From: Epiperipatus broadwayi
Taxonomy: Eukaryota; Animalia; Onychophora
Direction of reading: 5' to 3'
Assembly (NCBI GenBank): GCA_028023455.1
Contig: JAQFVV010000002.1
Span: 32,612,001 to 32,676,000 of the forward strand
Length of the DNA: 64,000 nt
The translations under genes and the position numbers were made by a program. Positions 40,090 through 52,700 of this stretch are shown here, in pieces. The notes under the pieces are model-generated. The model was not told the origin of the DNA and did no database searches. It was given only the letters and a program-made list of their open reading frames with translations. The stretch's first letter is position 1. Every line of letters begins with the position of its first letter.

Positions 40090-41141
40090 GTAAGTAATAT
40101 CAGTATTAATTTTTACCTGTTTAATTTATCTGATAGACTGTCATGCCCTAAAAGCGTAAATAGAATTTTTTTTTTTTGACAACTCCATTGATGGAGATAA
40201 GAAATTAGAATTTCATTTAACATCATCTGTTAAATACCGCACTCATATGGTTAACGCTTTTAATGCTGTGCACAATACCTACATTGTATTCTTTATTACA
40301 TTATCGTTTTATAATGCTTACCAAAAATAAATGACTTTATATATTATATTTTTTGTCGTACACAGAGTTACTCCATCTGGAAACAACAATCATCGAATGA
40401 TGTACTCTTCCACATTATCAAACCTTTTAATATATTGCTACCATATTGCTAAATTATTATGGTATTTTGGAATCGAATGCTAAAATAAATAATTAAAAAA
40501 AACAACTTCTTTTTATTTAATATCTGACAGATGATCTGATATATATTTTTTAATCAAAAAGAAAGAAAAAATATCTTGTACTCCTTTTGCAAGCTTTTGA
40601 TTCTTTTTATTATTATTATTATTTATTTTTTAACACTTAATGTCAAGATTTTTTTTTTTCTCTGTTCATGTTGTTAGCATGTATATTATTATGATAATGC
40701 CCATAAGCTGAGACTTTTAGCATTATAGGTAATGTATATTGTCATTATTATATTTTAAAATTTGAGATGCTAAGTTAAATTGGATTAAGGAGGTAGTAAG
40801 CAATGACATAGTATCACGACATCGATCAAGCATTTTTTTATTGACTAGTCCTACTAATCTGCCTTTAAATAGAAAACATACAACACCTATATATATATTA
40901 GAAACATATAAGGCATGTTGTAAAAAGTTCTTAATCAGAATTTGAAAATTTGCAATATGCAGACAGCTGAATAGTTAATTGGAAGGGTGAGAAGATTGTT
41001 TCCTGTCCAGTAAAGTTTAAAGAATTGTTATCTTGATATAAACCGAGCACATTATATATATATGTGTGTGGGAGATTATGATTTGTTCCATCTGATGAAT
41101 GCTGGTTCTGCACGAAATAAGTATAATGGGGATCATCTATT

Positions 41142-41298
41142 GGTAGTAGTGGAGATAGTGTACTGCCACTGCTAGAGACACCATTTCTGCATAAACATGC
41201 AGAAATATCCACAGTAGGGTCCATCCACTAGATGGCGCTGTTCATCATACATAAGCACAGGAACATTCCATCAGCTAGCTGGCACCAAAGCTGCTACC
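41142..41298. mobile_element. 157-bp MITE with GGTAG termini and 7-8 bp TSD
   Basis: Termini GGTAGTAG / CTGCTACC; flanks CATCTATT and CATCTATC. The homologous repeat near 23440-23455 has a single target-like site. Confidence 0.65.
41225..41238 (+). promoter_or_regulatory. CTCF-consensus motif CCACTAGATGGCGC
   Basis: Close match to the known CTCF core consensus; binding is untested. Confidence 0.5.
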
Positions 41299-41460
41299 CA
41301 TCTATCTTTTTCATATGTATGTAATCGTATGTATTGGTTGCTTGAGATGGAGTGGAGGATGAATATAGACTGAAAAATTCCAAGTTCAAATCCCCCTTCT
41401 TACATATGTAAGAAACATTTAGTGTAAGCAAATTAAATATACAGACATTTATATATAAAT

Positions 41461-41515
41461 TGAACTTGGAGAGACCTTTATCCTGCAGTCGATTGATAAT
41501 AAATGAAAATGATGA
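41461..41515 (+). mobile_element. RTE 3' terminal stub directly upstream of the full-length copy
   Basis: AACTTGGAGAGACCTTTATCCTGCAGTCGATTGATAAT matches ~44782-44820. Confidence 0.8.
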
Positions 41516-41544
41516 TCATATATATAGATGTTTATAAGCACTAA

Positions 41545-41711
41545 GGCTGCAGAAAGGAGTTTGCTATTAACTGAAAGGAGACCCTTTGATTCCTCTTGGA
41601 GGCCTTAAAGGAACCGAGCAGGGCAAATTCCTAATGTCCACTCCATACGTTCTTGTCGTTGCAGCTGTTATTACTATATGTTTATTCATATAGTATACGA
41701 ACATGGATGGG
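41545..41711 (+). ncRNA. HDV-like self-cleaving ribozyme at the RTE 5' end
   Basis: P1 GGCTGCA (41545-51) / TGCAGCT (41660-66) with G1.U wobble; P2 TCCAT/ATGGA; P3 ACG/CGT; L3 TTCTTGT; P4 TACTATATG/CATATAGTA; J4/2 CGAA with candidate catalytic C41698. Confidence 0.85.
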
Positions 41712-41836
41712 CTGCTCACCAACATGCATTAGCCAGCGTGGTGAGTTTATTGGCTTTTTACCTCTGAGTTTAAGATCCAGAAACACCTTGGTCTTTCTTC
41801 TCAGTGCCTGATAAGGCAGAATGAATGTTTGTGTAA

Positions 41837-42787
41837 ATGATAAAGATTTTTCCCAATTATACAATTATGACAGACAAAAATAAAGCATGGCCCTTAATCC
41901 CAGGAGGCTGTAAAGTCACCAACCAAGGCAGCGGTTGGTGGCCGAAGGCGGAGGGTGCTAAGAATATCCTGGAGGCGGACCCAGGCTGCCATTTGATGAC
42001 GACTTTTTATTTAGGTACTTACAACTGCAGATCACTTTCAAGTGAAGGAAGATTGCAAGAATTAGAAGAAGAACTCTCTTATATTAAATGGGATATTATT
42101 GGACTTTGTGAAGTTAGAAGAAAAGGTGAAGAGACAATTGATTTAAAAAGTGGACATATGCTCTATTATAAAGGCACAAATATTGGAAATACAAGTGGAG
42201 TAGGATTCATTCTAAATAAAAAGTGGAAGAACAATATTGTGGAGATTGATGGTGTATCAGACAGAGTGGCAAGATTAGTTATACAACTTAATAGCAGATA
42301 TCAAATGCAGATAATTCAGGTTTATGCCCAAACAAGTTCTCACAGTGATGAAGTAGTAGAAGATTTTTATATGGATGTACAAAAGGCTTTTGATCAGAGT
42401 AAACAACATTTTAAAATTGTTATGGGAGATTTTAATGCTAGAATTGGTAAACAAATGAAAGATGAAAGTGTTGTAGGTAATTTTGGTTATGGTAATAGAA
42501 ATGAGAGAGGACATAGACTTGTGGAGTTTGCAGAGAAGGAAAAACTTTATATTATGAATTCTTTTTTTGAGAAAAATGTTAGAAGGAAATGGACATGGAA
42601 GCATCCAAATGAAGGTACAGCAGAATTGGATTATATTTTGACTAACAGGAAATACATATTTCAAGATTGTAATGTTCTTAATAAATTTAACACAGGAAGT
42701 GATCATCGATTAGTAAGGGGTAAGATACATGTTAATGTAAAACTAGAGAGACAAAAATTATTAAGAAAAACAGATATTTACAGTTGA
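41837..42787 (+). CDS. RTE ORF, AP-endonuclease part (frameshifted from the RT part)
   Basis: [34 protein letters not shown] and SDHRLV motifs. Confidence 0.9.
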   Translation: MIKIFPNYTIMTDKNKAWPLIPGGCKVTNQGSGWWPKAEGAKNILEADPGCHLMTTFYLGTYNCRSLSSEGRLQELEEELSYIKWDIIGLCEVRRKGEETIDLKSGHMLYYKGTNIGNTSGVGFILNKKWKNNIVEIDGVSDRVARLVIQLNSRYQMQIIQVYAQTSSHSDEVVEDFYMDVQKAFDQSKQHFKIVMGDFNARIGKQMKDESVVGNFGYGNRNERGHRLVEFAEKEKLYIMNSFFEKNVRRKWTWKHPNEGTAELDYILTNRKYIFQDCNVLNKFNTGSDHRLVRGKIHVNVKLERQKLLRKTDIYS

Positions 42788-44825
42788 TATTCCTAATCTT
42801 CAGAAACATTCTAATGAATTTAAATTAGAACTTACAAATCGGTTTCAAGTATTAGTAGATTTTGAACATGATTCAGATTTGAATGAAATTAATATGAAAA
42901 TAACTGATACACTTTTAAAAACTGCAACAAAGATAGCTGGTAGAAAAAAGCAGCAATTGACTAATAAAATTTCTACTGAGACTAGAGAACTTATGAAGAA
43001 AAGAAGGAATATGAAGATATGCAAGAATGATGCATTAAAAAGAATTGAATATCTCGAATTTTGTAAAATGGTGCGGAAAAGAGTTGAAAATGATATAAGA
43101 AAGTATAACTGTGAACTAGCAAGAAAAGCTGTAGAAGAAAATAAAAGTCTTAAGAATGTAAAACAACATTTTGGTATTGGTAGGAAATTTATATCTGCAA
43201 AAAGGAAAAAAGATGAAATTATTACTAAAAAGAGGGATGACATTATGAAATTGGTAGAAGATTTTTATCAAGAATTATATAGTAATAAAGAACAAGTACC
43301 TCCTATATCTATTACATCTTCCGAATTGCCCAGAATTTTAAATGAAGAAGTGAGAAATGCAATTAAATGTATGAAAAAAGGAAAGGCTCCAGGTAATGAT
43401 GGAATTATAATTGATATATTAAAAGAAGCAGGTGAAGAAACAGAAAAAATATTAGCAAAGTTATATACCAAATGTCTAAATGATAAAGATGTACCGGATG
43501 ATTGGAAGAATGCAGTAATAATATTAATATTTAAAAAAGGTGATAAAGAAGATATTAGAAATTACAGACCTATCAGCCTTTTATCAGTTTTATATAAAAT
43601 TTTTACCAAGATAATTACAACTCGTCTACAGAGAACCTTGGATTTTCACCAACCAAGAGAACAAGCTCGATTTAAAAGTGGTTTTAGTACAGTAGATCAT
43701 ATTCAAGTATTGAGAGAAGTTATAGAAAGGACAAATGAATATGAGTTGTCATTATGTTTTGGATTTGTAGATTATGAAAAGGCATTTGATTCTATAAACA
43801 TTTCTTCAGTGATTAAAGCATTGGATCATCAAGGTATAGATCCAGGATATTGTCATATTTTAAAGAATATTTATAAAAATGCAACAGCAACAATTAGATT
43901 ACATAATGATACTGGGAAAGTCAACATTGAGAAAGGTGTAAGACAAGGTGACTCCATATCTCCAAAACTTTTTACAGCAGTGCTGCAAGAAGTATTTTGT
44001 GGATTAAAATGGGAAACTAAAGGAGTGAAAGTAAATGGAGATTATTTAAGTCATTTAGATTTCGCAGATGATGTAGTTGTTTTTGCAAATAATGCTTCCG
44101 AGCTGCAGGAAATATTGCAGGAGTTATCAGATGAAAGTAGGAAAGTAGGACTAAAGATAAATGTTAAAAAGACTAAAGTAATGTTTAATCGATTTGCTCC
44201 AAATATGAAAATAAAGATTGATTATGATGAATTAGAAGAAGTTAAGAGTTACAAATACCTTGATCAGATTATTAATACAGATGGAAACATAATAGAGGAA
44301 ATTAATCATAGAATTAAACTTGGTTGGAGTGCTTTTGGTAGAAATAACTTGATATTAAAAGGAAATATGCCTATGTGTTTGAAAAGAAAGGTTTTTAACA
44401 AATGTGTTTTACCAGTTCTTACTTATGGATCTGAGACTTGGACACTTAATAGAAGATCAATACAGAGACTTCAGACCACTCAAAGAAGTATGGAGAGATG
44501 TATGTTGGGAGTAACAAGAAGAGATCGAAAATGCAATGTATGGGTAAGAGAACAAACAGGTGTTACTGACCTCATTGAAAAAATTAAAAGATTGAAGTGG
44601 AGTTGGGCTGGACATATTGCTAGAAGAGATGATAATAGATGGACAATTGAAATTTTAAACTGGATTCCAAGAGATTGTAAAAGACCCAGAAGGAGACCAT
44701 ATGTAAGATGGATGGATGAAATAAGAAAATGTGTAGGGGTGATGTGGAGAAGAGAAGCTAAAGATCGGAGAAGATGGATTAAACTTGGAGAGACCTTCAT
44801 CCTGCAGTGGATTGATAATGGTTGA
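42765..44825 (+). CDS. RTE ORF, linker plus reverse transcriptase part (open frame from 42765; ORF-track start 42879)
   Basis: [38 protein letters not shown] and [10 protein letters not shown] motifs. Joined to the EN part by a +1 frameshift near 42765-42780. Confidence 0.92.
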   Translation, partial: EKQIFTVDIPNLQKHSNEFKLELTNRFQVLVDFEHDSDLNEINMKITDTLLKTATKIAGRKKQQLTNKISTETRELMKKRRNMKICKNDALKRIEYLEFCKMVRKRVENDIRKYNCELARKAVEENKSLKNVKQHFGIGRKFISAKRKKDEIITKKRDDIMKLVEDFYQELYSNKEQVPPISITSSELPRILNEEVRNAIKCMKKGKAPGNDGIIIDILKEAGEETEKILAKLYTKCLNDKDVPDDWKNAVIILIFKKGDKEDIRNYRPISLLSVLYKIFTKIITTRLQRTLDFHQPREQARFKSGFSTVDHIQVLREVIERTNEYELSLCFGFVDYEKAFDSINISSVIKALDHQGIDPGYCHILKNIYKNATATIRLHNDTGKVNIEKGVRQGDSISPKLFTAVLQEVFCGLKWETKGVKVNGDYLSHLDFADDVVVFANNASELQEILQELSDESRKVGLKINVKKTKVMFNRFAPNMKIKIDYDELEEVKSYKYLDQIINTDGNIIEEINHRIKLGWSAFGRNNLILKGNMPMCLKRKVFNKCVLPVLTYGSETWTLNRRSIQRLQTTQRSMERCMLGVTRRDRKCNVWVREQTGVTDLIEKIKRLKWSWAGHIARRDDNRWTIEILNWIPRDCKRPRRRPYVRWMDEIRKCVGVMWRREAKDRRRWIKLGETFILQWIDNG

Positions 44826-47800
44826 TAATGATGATGATGAAGCACTAAAATCGCTGTATGCATTTATATCCAAAAGTTTGTAAGAATATTTCAAGATATA
44901 CTTTAAAATAATCCCTATTGGATTTGATAGTATTGTCTATTTCTGTGTGCTCCACATCACTAATTGGAACAACTCCATTAGATCCTGACTACCAATTCTA
45001 TTAATCATACGAAACTTGTACTGTTCAAGTTAATATGAAAAGGTAAATAAAATACAATAAATTCAAGAGAACTGTAGTAACTTTCGGCAGGTTGCTGCCA
45101 GAATAATAGTGCTAACACTCATTAAAAATATGTATATATTGTGGCGAAGAGCATGCAAATAAAATGCAGTATGTAAATTGGATGTTTCATTTTTTTGACA
45201 ATGGGATGCTGGGATTTTTTCTGTTAATGGAATGAGGATCCCTAGCAATAGTCCACACCTCTTTATATTTTCTTTTCCTATCATTCTTCTCTGCGCACAT
45301 TGTTTTAACATTAAAGGGGGAAAAAGATGTGTCCCATAGTCTGCTCGTGATCAAAAAATATCGATGTATATTCATGATTTGATTTCGCTTTATTATATAA
45401 ATATGAATTCTGGGCAGCTCTCTTTGATCTATTAGTGTGAGATTTCCTGTAATATCCTGAATTACAAGCTGGGTGATGAAATTTTATGTAGATCTGGGGG
45501 CTAATTCTATTAACGTATTTTTCTATTTCGATGATTAAAATTAGGATTTCAGTAGACTTTGATGGTATGGTCTATTCTAACATATTGCCTGTATTGAATT
45601 AAACTATATTGTTTACCAGAGACTTTCTTTATAATAGATATATGTTTTTTAATTTTGATAATTTGTTATTGGATTAAGATTAGATTTTGAACAATAATCA
45701 CTCTGTAATATGCCATGAAATAATTTGAGTAAGCCATGTAACCATACAAATTAAGTATTTTTTGAATAATTCCATAATTAATAAAAATATTATGTATATA
45801 TTTTTGCCTTTTTTTTTATTAATTGTAATATTAATTTCTTTCTAGATATGAAATCTTTCATTCTTGGTAAAACAATTAAGAAAAATCACATTAGAAATAT
45901 CTTAGTTTAACTTCATATCACTACATTCTACGAATTGGGATTAAATATTATTTTTGTTGAATATACCTATATATCCGTTACAGATTGCACATATGTTATA
46001 AATTATTTTGTGCTTAGCTTTGGAAGGCTTCAAAGTTTAAAAATGACTATTAATTAATCTTACCTTATAAATATAAAAGAGATAGTTGTTTTTTTAGGAG
46101 CGGGGTTGGCTTGTTTTATTTCCCCACATATTATTTGGATCATTCTGAATTTCTTTCTACTTAAGATCTTAGTGACTATAGGAAAGAGGTTGATTTTTTC
46201 CAGATTGCTTAATTCAAGCTTTGTTCATACAGATAATGCTTCTGAAAAATTTAATATTAATGAATTCATTTTTCAATATTTGATTTTAATATAATATTAT
46301 GCATTGGTTAATTTTTTTATATATTTGTTAAGCATGATAGGAACGCTTTGCAGAAAAGTAGATTGCTGACTTTAAAAGAGTCTTTTAACCATGATTACAA
46401 ACAATAAGAAAATGACTTATTATCATCTTTACTTTTCATCTTATCTTTTAACTAAAATTAAGAGATGTAACTTTATTTTTATATATATAATAGTAGCACA
46501 TTTTTTATTTAATCTTTCCAATTTAAAATGATTTTTATCATTTTAGTGTTTAAAAAATTTATTATTATTTTGTCATGTTATAAATCCATTCTTTCAGTTA
46601 TTTTTAAAGCTAACTGGGCCTCATTTCATGTCATTAAGAAATAAAAGCAGTTTCCATACCCCACTGCCATCTACTGCCAAGTATGAGTAACCATTGATTA
46701 TTACTGTTGCAATTAAATCCCCATTTGCATACTTGTTTCTGTCTGGTTATCACTGATTACAAAAACTCATTATATCTTCCATAAGCTGAGGAGTTTAGTG
46801 ATTTGTTATTATTGTTTTATTGATTTTATTCTTTTAATATAATTTTTTTCTTTGAACATTGCCACATGAAAACATCAAATAAGCTCTATAACTTTAATAT
46901 TATTATATAATTATTTGATGTTTAATTAATTAAATGCGTATTTAAAATATTTACTTGAAAACAAGGTTTTTCAAAAAATGAGTTCGTTTAAAGATGTTGC
47001 CTTATTTAGTAACATTAAGAAGGTTTTAGTTAAATTACCAGTACATTTGCATTCCAACTTTCTGAGATCACATTGAACATTGCATCTTCTCTACATTGAA
47101 CCATTATTGAATGCAGGAATGTAAGTTTTATCTAGTTTTTCTGATCCCTTGTCACTTCTTCCCTCAATGTACCAAAAAACTTTCTTATTTCATTTATCCA
47201 TTTCACATATGGTTTTTACAATCTCTTGGGATCCAATTTAAAATTTCAATTGTTCATATACTGTCATCTATTAATATATCCAACTCAGCTCCATTTCAGC
47301 ATCTTAATTTTATCAATGATTTCACTGATTCATGTATTTAATTTTTGATCTCTTCTTGTTACTCCTGCATTGAGTGATGTAAAGTTTTTGAATTGCGCCT
47401 AAGTATCCATGTCTCACATTCGTAAGAACTGGTAAAATATATATATTAAAAGTCCTTGTTTTCAAACATATAGACATCTTTCCTTTAAATATTAAGTTAT
47501 GTCTACAGAAATTATCCCAAGTTTAATTCTATCATTAATTTTATCCATTATATTTCCATCTGTATTAATATTCTGACCAAGGATATTTGTAACTGTTAAC
47601 TTCTTCTAACTCATCATAATCTATCTTTATTTTCATATGTTGAGAAATCCATTAAACATTATTTTAGTCTTTTTAGTATTTATCTTTAAACCTACTTTCT
47701 TACTTTCGTCTGATAACTCCTGCAACATTTTCGGAAGATCTGAAATAATATTTGCCAAAACAATCACATCATCGGCAAAGTTTATACTTCCTGTCAAACT

Positions 47801-48414
47801 GCTGTAAAACATTTTGAAGGCATGGAATCACCTGTACTTCATCCTTCTGAATGTTAATATTTTTAGTATTAGTCTGTATTTTGATAAATATTCAATATAT
47901 GACATTTCAGATCTATGTCTTCATGATCCAGTGCTTTAATATTCGCAGAAATTCTTAGAGAATCAAATATCATTTCACAATCTACGAATTCAAAGGATGA
48001 TGGCAACTCATTCATTAGTCCTTTTTATAACTTCTCTCAATATTTGGATGTGATTCATTATGCTAAAATCACTTTTAAATCTAGTTTGGTTGGTTAAAAT
48101 TTAAATGTTGTAGATGAGTTGTAATGATCTTGTAAAAATTTTGTATAAAACTAATAGAAAACCGATAGGTCTGTAATTTCTAGTATTTTCTTTGTCACCT
48201 TTTCTTAAATATCTATACTACTACTATATTCTTCTGATCATCTATTATCTCTTTAGCATTTAGACATTTGGTATATAACTTTGCTAACAATTTTCTATTT
48301 CTTTATCTGCTTCTTTTAAGATGTCAATTATAATTCCATCATTATCAGGAGCTTCGTTTTCCATAGATTTAATCACAAGTCTCATTTGTTCATTTAAAAT
48401 CCTGGATAATTATG

Positions 48415-48950
48415 TATCACATGATCACCATCTCTTATACTAGCACATAATTGTTTATAAACAAGGCAAAACTCTCCATACAATAGTCCCACCCTGTGCC
48501 AACCAGAGTAATCAATGGATGCCAGAAGGCTTGTGCATAAAATCCCTATCTAATGCCTACTCATTCAATATCCCCAGACTAGTTTCTGACTTGTGGCCTT
48601 CATCAGTGAGGAGCTTTGGATCTAAAAGCACTGCACCTAGATCTTAGGATCTAATGAAATCCTCCAGCAACTACCTTTTATCTCTACTTAACTATAAAAG
48701 TATGAGAATGAAATTGAAAACACAATAATATTTTCAATTTAAGCTCAATAGCTTATATAATCATATGAGTCTGAACTCAGTTCAACACCCATACATTTTG
48801 GTGTCTTTGGCCACAAGCCAGAAACTAGTCTGAGGATATTGGATGAATAGGCCTTAGATAGGGATTTTATGCACAAGCCCCTGGCATCCATTGATTATTC
48901 TGGTTGGCACAGGGTGGCATTACTGTATGGAAAGTTTTGCCTTGTTTATA
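48415..48950 (+). mobile_element. Inverted/forward composite of the hammerhead retroelement family
   Basis: TSD GATAATTATG at 48405-48414 and 48951-48960. Minus-strand core CTGATGA-AGGCCACAAGTCA-GAAACTAGTC at 48577-48606. Confidence 0.9.
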
Positions 48951-49701
48951 GATAATTATGCAGTTATAATAACTGTAGATGATACTTATTTTCATGTTTT
49001 TTATTACTATATAATTTTTAGACCAACTCTTTCAAAAAATTTTATGATGTCATCTCTCTTTTTAGCAGTAATTCTATCTTTTCTTTTTATTGCAGAAACA
49101 TTTCTTCCAATACTAAAATATTGTTTTATACTTTTGAGATATTTATTTTCATTTATATAAGTTTTCCTTGCCCATTCATAATTATATTTTCTTACAATAT
49201 TTTAAATTCTTTTTCCTACCATTTTACAGAAACTTTAGATATTCAGTTTTTCTTAATGGATTATTTAAAAAAAATTTCACATTCCTTTTTTTTATTCATA
49301 CATTCACTTGTCTCAGTAGTATATTTATTAACAAATTGTTTCTTTTTGTTTTACCAGCTATCTTTCTTGCAGTTCTTCATTGTGTATCAGTTATCTTCCT
49401 TTTGATTTCATTCAAGGCTGAAACATTTTCAAAGTCTGTTAATATTTTAAAACAATGTGCAAATTCTAATTTAAATTCATTGAAGTTTTCTGAAGGTTAA
49501 AAATATCAAATATTAAATCTGTTTTTTAATAGTTATCATCTCTCTATTTTTACATTAACACGTATCTTATATTTCACTAATCAATGGTCACTTCCTGTAT
49601 TGAATCTATTAAGAATATTAATTTGAAATACATAGTCAAAGTATAATCCAATTCTGTTGTCTCTTCATTTCAGTACTGCTGAGTTCATTTCTATTTAACA
49701 A

Positions 49702-49796
49702 ATTTTTTTTTCCATATGTCATAGCATCGGCCGGGAGACAAACCTGCAACAAACATCTGCAACCAACTGCTTGCTTGCGCTGCTCTCTCGGCTAGC
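49702..49796 (-). mobile_element. tRNA-Gly-derived SINE copy inserted in an RTE
   Basis: Minus strand: GCTAGCCGAGAGAGCAGCGCAAGCAAGCAGTTG..CCCGGCCGATGCTATGACATATGGAAAAAAAA. An A-rich TSD-like GAAAAAATT merges with the tail. Confidence 0.75.
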
Positions 49797-52700
49797 AATT
49801 TTTTCAAAGAAGGAATGTATAATCTACAGTTTTTCTGGAAACTCCACAAAATTTTCTTTCTTAATTCTATTGACATAACTAAATTTCTTCACAGTACTTA
49901 TACTTTTAATCATTTATCAATTCTAGCATTAAATCCTTTCATGACAATTTTAAAAACTAATTAAAAACATTTTGTACTTACATATAAAAGTTCTCTATTT
50001 CTTTATCACAATGGGAACTTGTGGATATAAACATTGAATTATCTGCATTTAATATCTTCCATTAATATGAATAACTAATCTTGCTACTCTGTCTGACATA
50101 TCATCAATCTTCAAAGTGTGATTCTTTGATTTTCCACTCCATTTATGTTTTTAATATTTATGCTTTATGTCCAATTTTTTAAATTATCTTCATCTTTTCT
50201 TTTAAATCCCCAAAGTCCAACAATAACCCAATTAATATTAAATATTTTTCTTCCTATTTCTGCAGTCTTGCTTCAACCAAAAGTGATATGTAATTATAAG
50301 TACCTAAATAAAAAATCCTCAAATGGCAGCCTGAATCTGCTGTCTGGGGATTCTCAATAATCTCCACCTTTGGATACTAAATCTGCTGCCTTGATATCAA
50401 TTGTATGGCCTTCTGGAAATAAAGGCCATAATTTTATTTTGTCTGTTATGATTATAATTTAAAAAAAAAAAAAAAAAAACACAAACCCATTCATTCTGTC
50501 TTCAAGAAAATTCAACTAATATTTCAAAAAACTATTAGGCAACCAAGAAAGAAGACCACAGTATTCCTTATTGGCTTTTTACCTCCAAGCATGCTAGCTG
50601 GTATGTGTTGGTGAGCAGCCATCCCTGTTCATTTATTGTGTGAATAATCATTTGGTAATAGCTGTTGCAAGGTTAAGAACATATTGAGTGGACATTATAA
50701 GCATACTTAAATAGAAATTGTCCACTGTGCTTGTTGATATCTCAATTAACTTTCTAAATAAGTGATAGTTGCATGTTTGTTTGACAGAAATATGTCTCTA
50801 ACAAGAAGTTAATTGCTTCTTTCATCAATCATGGCCATTTGAAAGCATTGGAATGTTACTATAAAAGGTGTAGATAAATAATTTAGCGATCTATATAGTG
50901 TGACTTTCTGAATAGGCACAAGAAACCAATTTTAAGTAGATAGCACTGTATCAGTAATAACTAGTTGCGTTTAACTTAAAAAAAAAAGAAATAATATGAA
51001 ATTTTCAAAATGTTTAAAAAGTACTTGTAGATATTATTTAGAAGTTTTAAGGCATTTAGTATTTCTTTGATGGGTATTTAATGATAGAAAGGGGGGTGGC
51101 TTGTCACAGAAACTATTAGTGTATAGGTTTAGTTGATACAGATTTATCTTATTTGTCTGTAAAACAGTGGGTGATATTTGTTTAGTGATTTTCTGGTTTA
51201 TTTGCCCATTGATACTCCAGCCCATAGTGTAGTTAGTACAGTATATTTGAACTTGTGGTGATATAGGTTTCTATTTTAATTAGATTCGTTTAGTACTTGT
51301 AGTGCAGCATATATGTGTGTGCATGTATGTTTGTGCTATCTTACAACTTCATTTTCCCTCATGTATTTAATTATGATAGAGAATATGTTTTACAGTGAAA
51401 TATTTAAATTTATAATAAATATCTTTGATAACCAACTTAAACACATTTTAAGTGATTGATGGACCGGTGAATTGTCAGGCAGACCAAATACACTATCAAC
51501 TATTTTATTTGCTAAATAATTATTTTATTTTATTATTCTAGAAATGTAGAGAATGTATTTTTTTTATTGATTCAATTTCATTAATATTATTTAGAAGACA
51601 GAATGATTTTTTTTTTACTTTTTCGAGAGAGAAAAAGTTATTGAATATTTCCAGCTAATTATATCAGTGCAAAAGGTCAGATTAAACTTCTTGAAGTTGA
51701 CCTTTGGGGGGAGTAACCTTTTGATTGATGGAAGAAATGGATATCCAAGTAATAGTTGGTAATAAAAAGAGGGATAATATACAAGAAAGTAATGTTTTTA
51801 TTACACACTTCTCTCTCTCTCTAGGTGGTTCTTCTTCCAAAATCAAGTGGTTAATATTCTATTTAAATTCAAAAAGACGACTTTTCTTTAAGTATTATTT
51901 TCTTATATGAAACTAGTTTAAAATATGTTCTTTGGAATATAAAGGAAAAGATGAGAACATGATCAACTTCAAATGAGGTATATCACTTTATGTTTTCAAT
52001 TAACTAACTTTAGATTTAATATCATCATTTAAAATACATGCATGCATCCATAACTCAAGTTTAATTTGCCTAATCTTAATATTTAGTATTAATGAAAAAA
52101 TTGAATTGTATGAATTTTGCTATTTTATGGGGAAAATTATGCTAAACTTTTTAACAAAATATTTCATAAACTCTAGATTAACAAATACTTCTGGCTATGG
52201 AAAAATAAGACTCAAATGGAAGGATGTGTGTGTCTAATTTAGTATAACATGCCATAAATTATTATTATTGAATGAGAAGTATATATAACCATTCATATCA
52301 TATAGGATTAAGAAATTGAATGCGTGGCTTATACAAAACTAATGGATAACTAACCCCTATTAAAATGTACTTATAACTTAATGCGAGTAGAAGAGCATGA
52401 ATATTAAATGTGTACATTTTCTCATTGTTCTCCTTGTTTATTCTTAATCTATCACTAAAATATATTGTCATTTAAAGAACTATGTAGACTTAAATGAATA
52501 TCATGAATTAACTAACTATTCGCCTAATGGATGGCCTTTGATAAATTATTATAAATTCCTTGATAAATGTAATTATAGTCAATGTTAGCTGGTGGAAAAC
52601 TAATGTTCCTTTTGAATTTGCAAGATTGAGTGCTGAGTTATAAAACTGTGAAGTCACTAATTAATTAAACGATAAAATATTACTAGAAATCTGCAGCAGT

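Larger units (their letters stand above)
40960..41410 (+). repeat. Dispersed repeat with B-box-like end, carrying a MITE insertion
   Basis: Homologous to 23335-23600 (inverted), apart from the 41142-41298 insert. Confidence 0.6.
41545..44839 (+). mobile_element. Full-length RTE-clade non-LTR retrotransposon in the K2P intron
   Basis: TSD AAGCACTAA at 41536-41544 and 44840-44848; (GAT)n tail; APE plus RT coding region. Confidence 0.95.
47090..50705 (-). mobile_element. Old near-full-length RTE copy with nested insertions
   Basis: Ribozyme 3' half (~50620-50695), EN, linker, RT and 3' end are recognisable. Interrupted at 48415-48950 and 49702-49796. Confidence 0.85.

Noticed and set aside
42275-44894. 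Minus-strand ORFs of 67-143 aa (42275, 42845, 43268, 44480, 44655)
   Set aside because: Antisense shadows of the RTE coding region with no independent motifs.
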